This document shows positions 1 to 11,048 of a stretch of DNA of 64,000 nt, in pieces (the first letter of the stretch is position 1; each line of letters opens with the position of its first letter). Origin of the DNA: an uncultured Pseudobdellovibrionaceae bacterium. GTDB taxonomy: Bacteria > Bdellovibrionota > Bdellovibrionia > Bdellovibrionales > UBA1609. The notes under the pieces are model-generated. The model saw nothing but the letters and a program-made list of their open reading frames with translations. It ran no database searches and was not told where the DNA came from. The stretch spans positions 160,001-224,000 of the forward strand of contig CAWDNU010000001.1 of the NCBI GenBank assembly GCA_963803705.1, given 5' to 3'. The translations under genes and the position numbers were made by a program.

Positions 1-261
1 CTCACAAATGGTACCGATTTGTATTCCCGACTGTCTTTTGAAGCGAAGTTGATTTTTACCGGCAAAGCTTTTATAGTCCCCTGCCTGATCTCCACAATTG
101 ACCTATTCACTGGTCCATATATAGGTCCACTCATAGCACAACCCCGCCACTAGAAAAGAATAGTCAGAACTAAAGTGAGCCCATAGCCAAACTTCAAACT
201 GCCGATCATGGCCCTTGAATAGGCGAAATATTAATGCCTATCCATTTCTTGACTATTTAGG

Positions 262-923
262 CTACCAGTTTGCTGAAGCACTTGTCGTTCTTCCTGCATC
301 TTTCAGAAACTGCTCAAGACCTTGGTCAGTAAAGGATGCTTAGTCAGCTGCTTAATCACCTTGTACGGAATCGTCGCTATATCAGCACCGATCATGGCGG
401 CATCTAGTAGATGCATAGGATGCCTTACACTTGCTACCAATATCTCAGTCATAAAACCGTAGTTATCAAAGATGGTCTTAATTTGAGCCACGGTGTCCAT
501 TCCAGAAGTCGATATGTCATCCAAACGACCAACAAACGGAGAAACCATTGTGGCCCCGGCTTTAGCCGCAAGAAGGGCCTGTAGCGGGGAAAAGACCAAA
601 GTGACGTTAGTTTGAATATCTCTGGAGGAAAATTCTCTGACTGCAATCAGTCCATCTTCAGTTAATGGAACTTTAACAACCACATTTTTGGCAATTTTTG
701 CAAAGCTCAAGACCTTCGTTGATCATACCCTTGGCATCTGTAGAGCATCACCTCTGCGGAGACTGGCCCATCTACAAATTCACAAATGTCACGGATTACG
801 GTCTTTAATAGGACTCTTTTTTCTTTGGCAATTAAACTTGGGTTTGTAGTAACACCATCAACCCAACCTTTTTCGTGGCCCTCTTTATTTCTTCAAGTTT
901 GCAGTATCTATAAAAAATTTCAA
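262..923 (-). CDS. tal: Transaldolase / fructose-6-phosphate aldolase, frameshifted in this sequence
   Basis: TTG start reads [12 protein letters not shown] 303..710 has [24 protein letters not shown] and ASVRHP. Several indels; end approximate. Confidence 0.9.
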
Positions 924-1003
924 CAGGAATCACTTTTGGTTTAGAATTTACAAGTTTAAATTTTTCTAATTTTAGAGTTTTATAATAGCTCTAGTACCTC
1001 AGT

Positions 1004-1578
1004 CTAGCAGTTCATAGCCAAGTTCCAATCTATTTGGTCAATTAGACTTTTTCCCGTTTGTAGGAACTCAGATCTACTCCCAAATCGCTTGAAGACAAAA
1101 CCAGTATTTAAAGGCTGATTCAGAACCGGATGTACATATGTCACTGGTAAAATTTCCAGACTTGGAAAAGAAATTCAGGTTTTTCAGCCAATCTGGATAA
1201 GGAATTGTTAAATGATTTGGACATTGAGAATTCCGATCTAAAATCTAGAACTTTAACTTTAAAACTTTTCGAGGTCGTGGACATTTCTAGCAGAATTTAA
1301 TCAGCAAATCCCTTGATCTGAGTGGCAAAATCCACTCCTTCCGTCCTCAGACGTCTTTTAGCCTGAAGTATTAGGCTAAAACATAGATGAGTAAAAGGCG
1401 TCGTGTTCTTAATTTCTCCTTTTAACTGCGAAGTTTCAGGAGTAAATTGATAAATTGAGGATATCTTTTCGATAGTTCCAAGATAACTCAGACAATTTAC
1501 AAACTGCTTCGAGCAACTTATGCCTTGGCGTTTCTCCGCGATGACTCCTAAAAGTGAATAATCATGTGACTTTAACAT
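1004..1578 (-). CDS. FolK (HPPK)-like protein, degenerate and frameshifted
   Basis: KISSIYQ resembles FolK VSSxY. Stitched C-terminus LTIPYPDWLK..PEFLF..EILP..YVHPVLNQPL resembles the FolK C-terminal motif. Boundaries approximate. Confidence 0.55.
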
Positions 1579-2275
1579 CTTTGATAAAGTCCTCCATGCT
1601 GTAAAGTTTAGGTTCGGACTTATCAACAAGCCAAGTAGCAATTTTCAAAGCTCCAGAAGCAAAGACCCTTCTATTTTTAGCCTCATGACTGATTTCGACA
1701 ACCTCATCTTCGGTTTTAAAGGTGACTTTGTGAATTCCAAAGACCTCACTGACCCTTTCTGCATGGATAGGAATGTTCTTCAAATTTAGATTAATCTCGA
1801 TATTTTATGGCGAGTGTAAGGGCCGTACCACTTGGCGAGTCTTTTTTGTGTCATGTGATGCACCTCTGAGATTTCAACTTCCGAGGAATTAAATGCCTCT
1901 GCTGTTTCGATAAACTTGTTAACTAAAGCATTCCCGATACTCATATTTGATGACCAGAACAGTGGTATCTCAAGATTTTTTCCTTCCAACAATTTCTGAA
2001 ACCTTAAGTTCAGTTAAATCCCCAAGTCCGGTGACACCAGAAACCAAAGGAACTTTCTCTGAATTGCACCATTTCAATATGTTGGGAAAACTCTCACTCA
2101 AACTAAAGTCGATCACCACATCAATTTCACTCTTTTGCCAACCATCTTGACCGTTTTCCAACATTTTCTGGCCAGCACTATTCCAAGTGCCTACTAATTG
2201 ATGATGAGAGTTCTCAATAATTTTAACAAGCTCTTGGCCGACTCTTCCCGTATGCCCCGCAATCGCTATTCTCAT
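1562..2275 (-). CDS. dapB: 4-hydroxy-tetrahydrodipicolinate reductase, split over three frames
   Basis: MRIAIAGHTGRVG, VVIDFS, SSNMSIG, EVHH and HEAKNRRVFASGAL across ORFs 1970..2275, 1786..1992 and 1562..1783. Confidence 0.9.
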
Positions 2276-3155
2276 CTAAGCCTCAAATTTCTTAATTTGC
2301 TCTTCAATACTAGGATAGTGCTTTTCAGATAAAGCTAAAAGAGGAAGTCTGCATTCTGGACTTTCAATTATTCCTTTTAGAATACAGAGCCCACTTTACT
2401 GGTGTAGGATTAGGCTCAACAAAAAGTAAGCTCGTTAAACTGAAGAAGTTCTCTAAATTCTGTGGCCGATTTCATATGATCTTTTTTCGCTAATTGAAGA
2501 GGCGTTTCAAAGTCTTAGGCACCACATGGCTTAGAACTGAAATAGCACCATCACCACCTAATGCAGTAAACTCTACCCCAGTCTCATCATCCCCAGACAG
2601 AAGAGTCCAGTGCTCGAGGCACATTCTTCTTGATATCTAACATGAAGTTAACATCGCCAGAAGCTTCTTTGATCCCAGCGATATTGCTATGCTCAGAAAG
2701 TCTTTTGACGATCTCAAGGCTAGAGAGGTCAAAGTTCTCGAAGGAACATTATAAAGTATAATTGGAGCAGATGAACTATCAGCTACCGCATTAAAGTGTT
2801 GATATAGTCCTTCCTGCGTTGGCTTGTTATAATAAGGAACAACGTCTAGAAATGCTTTGGGTTTCAAATCCTTAAAGGACTTATGAAAATCGATGGTCTT
2901 CTGGGTTGAATTTGAACCCGCACCTAAAATTAAATCTAAGCCTTTCGCTCTAGCTTCAACAAATTTAAAAATCTCCTTAACTTCATCCGTAGACAAACTT
3001 GGACTTTCTGCGGTGGTTCCGTTCACGACAAAGCCATCGATACCATTGGAAGTTTGAAAATCAATTAGTTTTTCAAGAGATGACCAGTCAATTTTATCAT
3101 TTTTGAATGGAGTCACTAGGGCTGTAACGACGCCTGAACTTATTTTTTTGTTCAT
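2276..3155 (-). CDS. dapA: 4-hydroxy-tetrahydrodipicolinate synthase, frameshifted
   Basis: TALVTPF, GTTAES, PYYNKPTQEGL and LYNVPSRT; the C-terminal half continues in other frames to a stop at 2276. Confidence 0.92.
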
Positions 3156-3273
3156 TTTCTCTTTCCTTTTCTAGAGATCATTTTGATAGTCGTCATAATA
3201 TAAATTGGGATCCTTAGGAGGAATAGGAGCTCCTCTAATTCCACAGTTAGATACAGCTAGATCCATTAAAATT

Positions 3274-3656
3274 AATAATTTCATGCTCCGAACATACTGG
3301 TTAGGACGAAGGTTAAAGTTACCCCGCAAAGTGCTAATGAATTCAAACGACTATAGATCTTTGGGTTTGAAGGCTATGTCTAGTTTGTCAAGTTTATGTT
3401 TTATAGAGATATTCATATAAAGTTCGACCTCGGCAAGCAGGATCGTTTTTGCCCTAAGGGCAAAATGCCGAGAGGTTGGACTGCCGTGTCGAACTTTATA
3501 TGAATATCTCTATAAAACTATAAACTTGAACAATCCGAACTCGCTTTCGACAACCATTTAGATCTACAAATCCTTCAAAGAATTAATCAATACTTTTCGG
3601 GGTTTAGAACCATTAGATGGTCCAACAACACCTTGTTGCTCGAAGACCTCAATCAT
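3274..3656. repeat. Long palindromic element 1 (inverted copy of the ftsK 3' end around a hairpin core)
   Basis: Perfect 31-bp inverted repeat 3398-3428 / 3488-3518, plus 10 more bp after a 1-nt bulge. Diverged outer arms (limits approximate). Central TTTTGCCC-TAA-GGGCAAAA hairpin. Confidence 0.85.
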
Positions 3657-5987
3657 TCGAGCCGCTCTCGGATAACCTAATCTGAATTTTCGCTGAAGCA
3701 TTGAGGCACTGACCTCTTTCATCTCAGAGATCTGCTCGAGAATTTCGTCGTACCTATCATCAAACTCTTCAGACTCATCAGACCACCATCAGAATCCTGT
3801 CGAGTCACCGCCAGAAGACGATCCTTCGACAGCTCTCATCGCTTTATCGTCGTAGCATGGGTCAGACTGATTTCGCCAAATTGAGGTAATGTGCTCTATT
3901 TCTTCCTCAGATACGTAGGCACCGTGAGCTCTTACAGGTTTTGAAACACCCGGAGATTGAAACAACATATCCCCTCTGGATAGCAGTCTTTCGGCACCTG
4001 ATTCATCGAGAATAACTCTTGAATCCATTTTACTTGCCACTTTAAAACTGATTCGCCCTGGAATGTTGGTTTTGATCAAGCCCGTCACCACATCTTTCCT
4101 TGGAGACTGCATCGCTAATACCAAATGGATGCCGCAGGCACGGCCATCTGAGCTAAGCCTAACAACAGCATGCTCAACATTGGATTTATCTACCGCCATT
4201 AAGTCACCAAACTCTTCTACGATAATTACGATGTAAGGAAGTGATTGGAAATAATAACTTTTCATTGGCGCTTCAGAATTGATGATGATCATGAGATCTG
4301 AATGCTCTTGCAGTTCATCTTCGGAAAAACTGGCTACTTTTTCATTGAACCCCTCAAATCTCTGACTTTAAATTTCGACATGGATCGATAACGCTTGTCC
4401 ATTTCATTGATAGCCCACCTAAGTGCATTCACAGCTTTCTTAGAGTCTCTAATCGGTGGGATTAGAAATGTGGAAGATCATTAAAAGCTGCTAAGTCCAC
4501 TTGTTTCGGATCAACCAAAATCAAGCTTTAATTTTCTTGGGCTATGTCTTAATAGAAGACCTGCTATTAATGAAACTACGAAAACAGACTTACCTGAACC
4601 TGTCGAACCAGCAACTAAAAGATGGGGCATTTTTCTTAGATCGACCACACTGGGTAACCATCTGCACGCCGACCTAAACCAATGGGCAAAAGTTTTATAT
4701 CTTCTTTCCAGAAAGTGTCCTAGCCACGATGTCTTTTATAAATACAGTATCTCTTGCAGAATTGGAGGTCTCAATACCTACTACGTCTCGACCAGGAATA
4801 GGAGCAATGATTCGAACAGACTCACTTGCTAGAGCTAAAGATAGATCATCCGCCAATTCGGTTATTTTGCTAATCTTAATATCAGCATTGGGTCTAAATT
4901 CGAAAAGGGTTACAGCTGGACCTGACTTCACGCCGACAATTTTTCCTCTGACTGAAAACTGCTCTAATTTTGAAACTAGCAGATTGGACTTTTCGCGTAT
5001 TTCGTCTTCGCTCATTCCTTCGAATTGTGACGGAGGATCATTAAGCAAATCCAAAGATGGCATTTCCCAGTCTTCATCTTTAACTTTAAAGTTAACTTTA
5101 AGTGTTTTATCTCTTTTAAAAGACTCGATTTTATAAGATTCTTCTTTTTGGTTTTGCCTTCTTATCAACGCCATTTTGACAATCGGATTCAAAGGTACTT
5201 GCTCAACAAGATCGTCTCCCTCGGAATCTTTATCTATAGAAATTTTTGCTGCTCCGTCTGCCGAAGTCTGTGAAAATCCGACTGTAGTGGAACGCAGTTC
5301 AGGGTGTGAGGACCCTACTGAAGAGTCTATGTTGTTATTATGATGTCCACGCCAAAATTTGAAACTAAGACCCAACCTAAGCCGCGGCAAATTCAAATTT
5401 CTAAAGCACGCGCCCAGAAATTTTAAAATAGTGTTTGATTGATTCACTTTTTGAAACACCCTTCCAATAAACTCGTAACTTTTCTTAATAGGATTTTCGA
5501 AAACTAAGGCTATCAAAATTAAATAAGAGAATAAGACGACCAGAAAAGTTCCAGTTTTGTTAAAAGCTCTAAGGGCATTTTCAGAGAGGATTAAGCCCGT
5601 CCAACCACCAGGATTCACTTCTGAGACCAAAAAGATATCATTCCAGTAAAGATGGAAACTCACTGAAGTTAATATAAGGGTTAGAAATCCCAAAGCATAA
5701 CTTTCAATGGAACCCTTACTTGATTTGAAACCTCTAATAGATTGTACAAGAGAAATAGCCACTAAACCGTAAGAAGCATAGCCCAATATCTTAAATCCTA
5801 GGACAGCTAAAAAAGCGCCAAAATGTCCACAAGCATTTTGCACAGGCCTTAAAACTGTTCCAAAGTTTTCAAATAGAACACGGTCACTAGAATCATAGGT
5901 TATCAATGAGACTAGTAAAAATAACCCCACGGATAACCAAGCTAAACCCTTTACTTCTGACTTCACAACTAACCATGGCTTTTTCAT
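3564..5987 (-). CDS. ftsK: DNA translocase FtsK, frameshifted in the C-terminal half
   Basis: N-terminal TM region, [16 protein letters not shown], Walker A region near 4590, [13 protein letters not shown], and gamma domain ending [19 protein letters not shown]. Confidence 0.93.
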
Positions 5988-6082
5988 TCTTTAATTCTAT
6001 TCTGATTCTATAAAAAGATCAGAAACTTAAGCCATCTTCTTGACGAAAGTCCCAGATTAAGAGAGCTACTAAAGATAGCTCA

Positions 6083-6724
6083 ATGTTAAAAATCAACGAA
6101 ATTTTTTTTAGTATTCAAGGTGAAAGCTCATTAGTGGGTCTTCCAACTGTTTTCGTTAGGACCTCGGGGTGCCATTTGCGCTGCACCTACTGTGACACGA
6201 CCTATGCGTATCACGAAGGTCAAAAAATGACGATCACTAAGGTTTTCGAAAAAATAAAATCTTACCCTACTAAACAAGTATGTTTGACTGGTGGTGAACC
6301 TTTGCTTCAAAAAAGCATCTACGAACTTACCCAGCTTTTAATTGAAAATAATTATAACATTTCTGTGGAAACATCTGGAGACATCGATTGCCATAAGTTG
6401 CCAATACAAGTGAAAAAAATCATTGATGTTAAAACCCCGGACAGTGGGGAGCCTGATGCGTTTGATAAAAATAATCTGCTTTTCAACGAAGACCCTGAAA
6501 CAGAATTTAAATTTGTAATCTGTTCTAAGGAAGATGCAAAGTGGGCTTTTAATTTTGTCAAGCAACACAACCTTGCAAAAAAATCTAAGGTCTATTTTAG
6601 TCCCAGCCATGGAAAAATTGCAGCAAATTGGCTGGCTGATGAAATTTTAAAAAATAATTCAAATGTTAGGTTGCAATTGCAGCTGCATAAGTATATTTGG
6701 TCAGAACACGAACGTGGAGTATAA
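6083..6724 (+). CDS. queE: 7-carboxy-7-deazaguanine synthase (radical SAM)
   Basis: EIFFSIQGE, CxxxCxxC (CHLRCTYC), TGGEPLLQ and LQLHKYIW. Confidence 0.9.
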   Translation: MLKINEIFFSIQGESSLVGLPTVFVRTSGCHLRCTYCDTTYAYHEGQKMTITKVFEKIKSYPTKQVCLTGGEPLLQKSIYELTQLLIENNYNISVETSGDIDCHKLPIQVKKIIDVKTPDSGEPDAFDKNNLLFNEDPETEFKFVICSKEDAKWAFNFVKQHNLAKKSKVYFSPSHGKIAANWLADEILKNNSNVRLQLQLHKYIWSEHERGV

Positions 6725-6753
6725 TTTTTAATCACAATTTTAAGGAGCAGAAC

Positions 6754-7065
6754 TTGCAAGAAATCACGCAAAACCCAGATCATTTATTAGTTGCCAATTT
6801 ACAAAATATTAGCCTGGAGCAATTAGTAAAAAGCAAATTGGAAGTTTTATTTGACCAACAAAAAGAAGCCAATGTTGAGATCAACGGTCTTTACGGGTTA
6901 GTGATTGAACAAGTGGAAAAACCACTTATCGAGCTTGCTCTTCGAGTTTACAATGGTAACCAGGTGCGAACAGCCCAGATGCTTGGTATAAACAGAAATA
7001 CTCTTAAAAAGAAAATTGATAACTACAACATAAAAACCAGAACTCGTTCTAAAGCAGTTAATTAG
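6754..7065 (+). CDS. Fis-family HTH protein
   Basis: VEKPLIELAL..GNQVRTAQMLGINRNTLKKK; AAGGAG RBS before TTG at 6754. Confidence 0.85.
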   Translation: MQEITQNPDHLLVANLQNISLEQLVKSKLEVLFDQQKEANVEINGLYGLVIEQVEKPLIELALRVYNGNQVRTAQMLGINRNTLKKKIDNYNIKTRTRSKAVN

Positions 7066-7077
7066 CTTTGACAGCAG

Positions 7078-7102
7078 TAGATTGGTTTTTAGAACCAATC
7101 TA
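7078..7102 (+). terminator. Hairpin downstream of the Fis-like gene
   Basis: TAGATTGGTT / AACCAATCTA inverted repeat; no clear U-tract. Confidence 0.45.
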
Positions 7103-7234
7103 TACGTAGTGACCCCCACTCTGCCAACTCAGGCTGTTAGCTGGGGCATAAAGCCTACTCATTCCATTGTTTGTTGCGTACGTTTAACCATTCACCTGAA
7201 TTGAAATTAGTTTTGAACCGCGCAAGCTTGAAAA

Positions 7235-8656
7235 TTGGGATATCTTTTGAACCGCACTCCTCCGCACAATATTGAAGCCGAACAAGCCATCCTTGGTGGT
7301 TTGATGCTTGATTCTGACATTTGGGATGACATTGCGAGTTTAGTAGATGCAACTGACTTTTATCGACCAGCGCACCGACTTATATTTGAAGCTATCAAAG
7401 CTTTAAGCCGGAAGGGCCAGAATGCAGATATCGTTGTGCTTTCAAACCATCTGCAGCAGACAGGTAATATGGAGGCCATAGGCGGCAACCGATATTTAGC
7501 TGAACTTATAGAGCACACCTCTTCGACTGTTTATATAGAGCAATATGCAAAAATCGTTAAAGAAAAGTCATTAGTCAGGAAAATGGTTACTACCACTCAA
7601 AAAATTTCTGACGAAGGAATGTCTGAAAGTTACGAAGATGTTGAAAGGTATCTTGAAAAATCTGAATCCGACGTTTTTAACGTTGCTCAAACAGGGTCGA
7701 ATAAGGCTACCCTTACTGATCCAACTGAACTTGTTGAACTTAGTTTAAAAAAGATCGAAGAAACAATGAGCCTGAAGGGGAATATCACCGGGATCTCTAC
7801 TGGGTTTATTGAGTTAGATGACATGACCGCTGGCCTTCACGGTGGAGAACTAATTATAGTTGCTGCACGTCCTTCAATGGGTAAAACCGCATTGGGTTTA
7901 AATTTAGTCTCTCACGCAGCCCTACGCGAGAAAAAATCAGTAGCTTTTTTTTCTGTTGAAATGCCCAAAGAGCAACTTATGATGAGAATTCTTGCCAGTG
8001 AGTCGAAAATCAATATGAGTAAAATTAGAGTAGGGCAAATTGATGACAACAGCTGGAGTCGCCTAATTAATACAGCTGCCAAATTAAGTGAATCTAAACT
8101 TTTTATCAACGATACTAGTGGTATTAGTCCCTTTGAAATCAGATCAATTGCCCGCAAACAAAAGTCTAAGCATGGTCTGGACATGATTGTAATCGATTAC
8201 CTGCAGTTGATGAGTATGAAACAACGAATGGAAAGCAGGGAACGGGAAGTGTCTGAAATATCCAAGTCGTTGAAGGCGCTTTCTAAAGAGCTAGATATAC
8301 CAGTGATTGCATTAGCCCAGCTGAACCGCGGGGTCGAAGGACGTTCAGACAGACGACCCATGCTTTCCGACTTAAGGGAGTCAGGCTCCATCGAGCAGGA
8401 TGCTGACGTAATTATGTTGATTTATCGTGAGGATTACTACGAGAAAGAAAATCCAACCGGTGCCGCAGAACTGATAATTGGTAAGCAAAGAAACGGGCCA
8501 GTGGGCACAGTCAAAGTCCGGTGGGAGCCTTCCATTGGTAGGTTTTCCAATAACATTGAGTCCCAAGTTGGAAATGCCCCAATGCCATCTGCAGATGACT
8601 TTCCATTTGAAAAATCCAAATCTAAAAGTAATAAGAATTTTGCTCCAGGTACTTAG
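7235..8656 (+). CDS. dnaB: Replicative DNA helicase
   Basis: PPHNIEAEQAILG, AARPSMGKT, IDYLQLM and LRESGSIEQDAD. Confidence 0.97.
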   Translation: MGYLLNRTPPHNIEAEQAILGGLMLDSDIWDDIASLVDATDFYRPAHRLIFEAIKALSRKGQNADIVVLSNHLQQTGNMEAIGGNRYLAELIEHTSSTVYIEQYAKIVKEKSLVRKMVTTTQKISDEGMSESYEDVERYLEKSESDVFNVAQTGSNKATLTDPTELVELSLKKIEETMSLKGNITGISTGFIELDDMTAGLHGGELIIVAARPSMGKTALGLNLVSHAALREKKSVAFFSVEMPKEQLMMRILASESKINMSKIRVGQIDDNSWSRLINTAAKLSESKLFINDTSGISPFEIRSIARKQKSKHGLDMIVIDYLQLMSMKQRMESREREVSEISKSLKALSKELDIPVIALAQLNRGVEGRSDRRPMLSDLRESGSIEQDADVIMLIYREDYYEKENPTGAAELIIGKQRNGPVGTVKVRWEPSIGRFSNNIESQVGNAPMPSADDFPFEKSKSKSNKNFAPGT

Positions 8657-8685
8657 CTGCAGTGAAATTCTAATTAGTTGGACAG

Positions 8686-9336
8686 TTAATTTTGTTTTGC
8701 TACAGCGCTCATTGTTTTTAGCTCAAAATCAAATTCCATGTCGTTCGCTATCACCTTGTCACCAAGACCTTTAAAGAAACTGTCTGACCCGTACCTAACA
8801 TCCCATTTGGTTCTGTCTATTTTAAGTTTACCGAATGCCTTGTGCGCCTTAGCTACCTTATCAATTTTAACATCGAAATCTATTTTCTTGGTTTTATCTT
8901 TTATTTTAAGCTCTCCGATAGCTTTATAAAGATTTAATTCCTTTGCTTTAGATTTTTTATTTACTTTTAGTCGATCGAAGCTTTTTATTTTTAAAATTGC
9001 AGTTGGATATTGAGATACGTCAAAAAAGTCGGGACTGCTTAAGTGCTTAACAAGTTTTTTTCTATATTTTTTATCTTTTACGTCTTTGTTCGTAATAGAC
9101 TTCATATCAATAATAACTTCAGCGCTTTGCGGCTGACCCTTAGAATTGAAGACGACATGACCGTCCTTAATTTTAATAGTTCCGTTGTGCTTATCATTAA
9201 TAAGTTTTTTTTGGCCCATCCAATTGACCACACTTACATCAGTGTCGATATTTTGTTTAACATCGTTAATGGACACGGCAGCTGCACCCAGACTAGGACT
9301 TAACGCGCAAGCAAGAATCAATACAAATATTTTCAC
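8686..9336 (-). CDS. YceI-family secreted lipid-binding protein
   Basis: Signal peptide, HLSSPDFFDVSQYPTA and IDRTKWDVRYGS; GTG start after GGAG. Confidence 0.88.
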   Translation of the reverse strand: MKIFVLILACALSPSLGAAAVSINDVKQNIDTDVSVVNWMGQKKLINDKHNGTIKIKDGHVVFNSKGQPQSAEVIIDMKSITNKDVKDKKYRKKLVKHLSSPDFFDVSQYPTAILKIKSFDRLKVNKKSKAKELNLYKAIGELKIKDKTKKIDFDVKIDKVAKAHKAFGKLKIDRTKWDVRYGSDSFFKGLGDKVIANDMEFDFELKTMSAVAKQN

Positions 9337-9473
9337 TTTATCTCCTTTGGGTCTGGCATTACCGCCGGACACTGATAGCTTTTGGGATTCTAAATTTCGA
9401 GGTCTAGTTTACAACCGAAAAGGTATTGACGATATGTTTTTATCGTCCTTCAATACATTTGGAGGAGACAAGG

Positions 9474-9683
9474 ATGGATCTTTCTAGGACAAACTTAAAG
9501 GGCTTACAGCTAGTTGATTTTCTAGCTTACACTATGGGTGATACCAAAAACCACACCCAGTATAGAAGCTTAATTCTTGATGAATTAGAGCGTCAGAATC
9601 TGGATTTAGACAATTTTGATGATGAGCAGCTAAGAAAATTCTCGTTACAGATCCTTTACCGAGCCCTCAGCCAGACTTCTTAA
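9474..9683 (+). CDS. Small hypothetical protein (69 aa)
   Basis: GGAGGAG RBS before ATG 9474; stop overlaps the rplI stop. Confidence 0.6.
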   Translation: MDLSRTNLKGLQLVDFLAYTMGDTKNHTQYRSLILDELERQNLDLDNFDDEQLRKFSLQILYRALSQTS

Positions 9684-10132
9684 GACGAACGCTCTACAGA
9701 AATTGTTATTTCGGTTTGCAGTGCAGACTCTTCTCCGAAGCTAATGCGAGCTTTATGCTGGCCTAAGACCTTAATGGGTTCATCTATGAAAATATCGTTT
9801 TTATCAACTTCGAAGCCTTTATTGGAAAGTTCCTTAGATAAATCAATATTGGAGATCGAGCCAAAAAGCTTTTCTGTTTCACTAGCTTGAACTTTAAACT
9901 CTAAAACCTGACCAGAAAGTTTAGTTATCAATTCTTTTCTTACATCTACTGCTTTAGACTTCTTAACTTCAGCAACACGCTTTAGATGTTCAAATTCTTT
10001 GACTTTTTTTTCTGTCGCTAGGACTGCCACTTTTTTAGGGAATAGATAATTTCGTGCGAAGCCTTCTTTAACATTTACTATCTCGCCCACTTTACCAAGA
10101 TCTTTCACATCTTCTTGTAATACAATCTTCAT
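9680..10132 (-). CDS. rplI: 50S ribosomal protein L9
   Basis: LGKVGEIVNVKEGFARNYLFPK and KLFGSI. Confidence 0.97.
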   Translation of the reverse strand: MKIVLQEDVKDLGKVGEIVNVKEGFARNYLFPKKVAVLATEKKVKEFEHLKRVAEVKKSKAVDVRKELITKLSGQVLEFKVQASETEKLFGSISNIDLSKELSNKGFEVDKNDIFIDEPIKVLGQHKARISFGEESALQTEITISVERSS

Positions 10133-11046
10133 TTCGTCTCCTTAAAAGATCTAAATTCAAATAAAAAGTCTATCAGACCCATGAACACTAAGATCACAGG
10201 TAAGTTTAAAACAACTAGGATATACCATAGATTCTGCCAAAATCGAGCAATTTTAAATTTTTCCATTAAATAAGATGAGACAGAAAGCCCTTGAAAAAAG
10301 TACAGTCCAGATAAAACTATAAAGATATTTTTAAAGTAAATTTGATAGGTCTCAAAACTGGCTAAGACATCTGAAAAGTTGAGAGGAAGCGAACTAAGTG
10401 CTCTATCCCAATTAAGAAAGCCCAAAGAAAAACTAACTATAGCTGCCCAAAAGAATAGATCCGGGTTTTTGAAATTTTTTAAAATTTTGTGTCGCCAAAA
10501 GCAGCTGAAAACACCGACTATTAGGCTTAGAAAGTACACCGAAGGGATATAGCCAATATATTCATACCAGTTTTGATTTATAAAGCTTTGGCCTTCAGAG
10601 TTCGAACCAAGCTGTTCTACTAACTTAGACCAAAAATCATTAATTCTATAAAACCAATCCTCAACTTGTAAGCTTAACTTTTTGGGAAATATAGCTTCAT
10701 AGATAGCAAAAATACCAAAGTGCAAAGTTGCAGCTCCACACAGTGCTAGAATCAATAGCTGACTACTGTATTTAGAGACTTTGGTATTTGTAAGCAATAT
10801 TGCTAGCTCTACACTTAAGACTGGCAAAAGCATAATCCAGAAACTAAGAAAACCTATGGAATAAAAAACAATCAGCAAGAAACCACTTAGCAAACTAAGC
10901 CTGATTGACCTTTTAGTGCTCTTTAAGAGCAAAAAGCAAAGAGGTGTGGCTATCACCCAAAATAAAATATAGAGAAGGACCGAAGAAAAAATTCTTAGTC
11001 CAGTCTTAAAAAATGATTGCTGCTTTATTATAGGTTTAGAAACCAA
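10129..11046 (-). CDS. DUF2232/YybS-like membrane protein
   Basis: Multiple TM segments, YFFQGLSV..GLIDFLFEFR, located between rpsF and rplI. Confidence 0.75.
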   Translation of the reverse strand: MVSKPIIKQQSFFKTGLRIFSSVLLYILFWVIATPLCFLLLKSTKRSIRLSLLSGFLLIVFYSIGFLSFWIMLLPVLSVELAILLTNTKVSKYSSQLLILALCGAATLHFGIFAIYEAIFPKKLSLQVEDWFYRINDFWSKLVEQLGSNSEGQSFINQNWYEYIGYIPSVYFLSLIVGVFSCFWRHKILKNFKNPDLFFWAAIVSFSLGFLNWDRALSSLPLNFSDVLASFETYQIYFKNIFIVLSGLYFFQGLSVSSYLMEKFKIARFWQNLWYILVVLNLPVILVFMGLIDFLFEFRSFKETK

Positions 11047-11048
11047 AA

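Noticed and set aside
1..209. Possible lipoprotein gene start on the minus strand
   Set aside because: Truncated by the window edge and frameshifted; no recognisable motif.
3156..3240. Lysine riboswitch upstream of dapA (minus-strand TAGAGGAGC)
   Set aside because: Only about 75 nt remain before the start codon, too short for the L-box aptamer, and other conserved elements were not seen.
3205..3420. 71-aa plus-strand ORF containing PRKVLMNS
   Set aside because: Explained as the mirror arm of palindromic element 1 copying ftsK; no other evidence that it is a gene.
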